Of a stretch of 12,961 nucleotides of DNA, positions 11,271 through 12,961 are shown piece by piece; the first letter of the stretch is position 1, and each line of letters begins with the position of its first letter. Made by a program: the position numbers and the translations under genes. The notes under the pieces are model-generated. The model made no database searches. It saw only the letters and a list, made by a program, of their open reading frames with translations, and was not told the DNA's origin. Source of the stretch: Paecilomyces variotii (lineage: Eukaryota); assembly GCA_004022145.1 (NCBI GenBank), contig RCNU01000054.1. The stretch is one strand, 5' to 3'.

Positions 11271-11907
11271 ATAAAATACGAACTATAAGTAATAATATAG
11301 TATTTAAGTAAGAAAAATTAGCAACTAAGTAATAATAATAATAATATAGATTAAATACTATTTAAATCAGAATATATAGTTATTATTTTAATACTCTTCT
11401 TCTAAAAATATTAGCTTAGAAAAAGAGAAGCAGAAAGCTAGTAATAAAATAAATTTAATATTAAATAAGAAGTTAGTTTAGAAGGAGAAGAAATAAAAAA
11501 ATAATAATAAAATAAATACTAGTATTATAATAGGAAAAGAAGGAGAATAAACTTAAAATAAGGGTATTTTCTTTAGGGGAGAAGAAGGATTTAAAAATAC
11601 CTAATAATAATTAAAAAAGAAAAAAAAGAGAGATAATTAAAAAATATATAATATTAGCTTAAATACCTTAAAAAAGTCTATAAATAAAGCTAAAAATAAA
11701 AAATATTAGATAAAGAATATAAGTAATAAATAAAAAATTCTTATCTTATTATAAAAATCTTATCTTTTATATTATATAATATTATAGCAGAAGTAACTAG
11801 AGACTAAATTAAACTAAACTTAACCTTATTTTATCTTTTAAATATATCTTTTTATTTAAAAACTATTTTAAAGAGTTATTTTATAAAGATATATATTAAA
11901 AATAGAA

Positions 11908-11937
11908 AAAAATATGCTAAAAATATGCTAAAAATAT
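11908..11937 (+). repeat. Short tandem duplication (AAAAATATGCT x2 plus partial), specific to copy B
   Basis: 11-bp unit at 11908-11918 and 11919-11929. Only one unit is present at the homologous site of copy A (~780-800). Confidence 0.7.
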
Positions 11938-12961
11938 AAAATATTATTTATTAGGATAAAGCTCTTTAACTTAGAATATATATATATACTATAATTAGCA
12001 AAATTTGTAAGCTTATAAAGAAGATAATAAATAAGGCTAATAATAAAGAAAAAAAGATTTAGTTTGTAAATAATATAATAGTAATTATTTTAAATTTTTA
12101 AAACAGGCATAATAAAGCAGCTAATAATTTTTATAATTTTTTAAATTAATAAGAGCTGTTAAAAAAATAAAAAAAAAATACTAGCTATTAATAAGCTAAA
12201 AGAATTAAAAAATATAAGTAAAAAAAAACTATAAATATATTAATAAAGGTTATTATAAAGCTATAAAGAAATAAGGTTAAAAGATTATAAACTAAGTCTT
12301 ATTAATTATTAAATAATTATATTAGATCTTAATAGCTATAGGAGAATTAATATCTAATATTAGAGATTAGAAAATAGCGGCTATATATTTAGCAAAAATA
12401 TAGATTAATAGACTTTATAATATTAAGAGATAAGGAATACTAATTAAAAAGAGCCTTTAACTAATTAATATTAAAAAAGTAAGAGATATCTTAAAAAAAG
12501 CCCTTAATAAAGAAGGACTAATTTTTTAAAAGCTTATTAATAAAAAGCTATAAAAGGTTAAAATAAAAATAAGAGAGAATAATCTTTTAGAGGAAATTAT
12601 AAGAGAAGAGAAAAAATATTAGATAAAAGATTTAGATAAGAGCTTATTAATAGATCTAATATTAGATAAAAAAGAGAAAAATATAAAAGAAAAGAAAAAA
12701 AAGAAAAAGAGAATTAATAGTCCTAAAAAACTAAAAGGGGAAAAAAAGTTTAAAACTTAAGATAAGGGGAAATAACTAAAAAAAAAATATAAATATAAGA
12801 TTAATATATCTATATTAATAAAAAAGGCTATTATTAATCTAAAAGGCAAAAAATATTAAAATTTATAAAAAAAGAAAGGATTAAACCCATTATTATATAT
12901 TAAATTTATATTAAAAAAGTATAAAGTATAATAGGATTAAGGAGTATAAAAGATAATATCT

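Larger units (their letters stand above)
1..12961. other. RIP-degraded AT-rich repeat block (fungal)
   Basis: Very low GC, massive excess of TpA and scarcity of CpA/TpG. The two retroelement copies differ mainly by C/T and G/A transitions. Former coding frames are full of TAA/TAG stops at positions where CAA/CAG/TGG/CGA are expected. The pattern is seen directly; attribution to RIP is established knowledge. Confidence 0.93.
8696..12961 (+). mobile_element. Ty3/Gypsy relic copy B (same family; begins mid-RT; 3' LTR not reached)
   Basis: 8696-12714 is the reverse-complement homologue of 4324-1, minus the solo LTR. Starts abruptly at the RT N-terminal (KDGK)YRLIN motif. Confidence 0.92.

Noticed and set aside
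12926..12961. Possible start of copy B's 3' LTR (TATAATAGG...)
   Set aside because: Only about 9 nt resemble the LTR start. The following bases do not match GAGAATCGG...AAAGAAT and there is no clear polypurine tract.
1..12961. Organellar, Plasmodium-like or endosymbiont AT-rich coding DNA with an alternative genetic code
   Set aside because: Stops are explained by C->T/G->A transitions in recognisable retrotransposon motifs and differ between the two copies. No rRNA, tRNA or housekeeping genes are visible.

Overview
Extremely AT-rich, TpA-saturated DNA with the signature of fungal Repeat-Induced Point mutation (RIP; probably a Pezizomycotina AT-rich or heterochromatic block). No intact genes. 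The window resolves into nested transposon relics. (1) A minus-strand Ty3/Gypsy LTR retrotransposon runs from its 5' LTR (8695->8357) through gag (PGAPYF-type motif, CCHC knuckle), protease, RT, RNase H, integrase and a long 3' region that leaves the window at position 1. (2) It directly abuts a plus-strand copy of the same family (8696-12961) that starts abruptly inside RT. The simplest reading is that (1) inserted antisense into (2), which makes about 1-4324 and 8696-12714 a giant inverted repeat. (3) A solo LTR of the same family (3373-3702, GTAA target duplication) sits antisense inside the RT of (1). (4) A 495-bp non-autonomous hAT-like element (5589-6083, 13-bp TIRs, 8-bp TSD GGCTTAAA) sits between gag and protease of (1). 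Protein motifs were read by eye after mentally reversing C->T/G->A changes, so they are reconstructions and domain boundaries are approximate. I found no novel protein-coding system. The most notable signal is repeated antisense self-insertion into RT.
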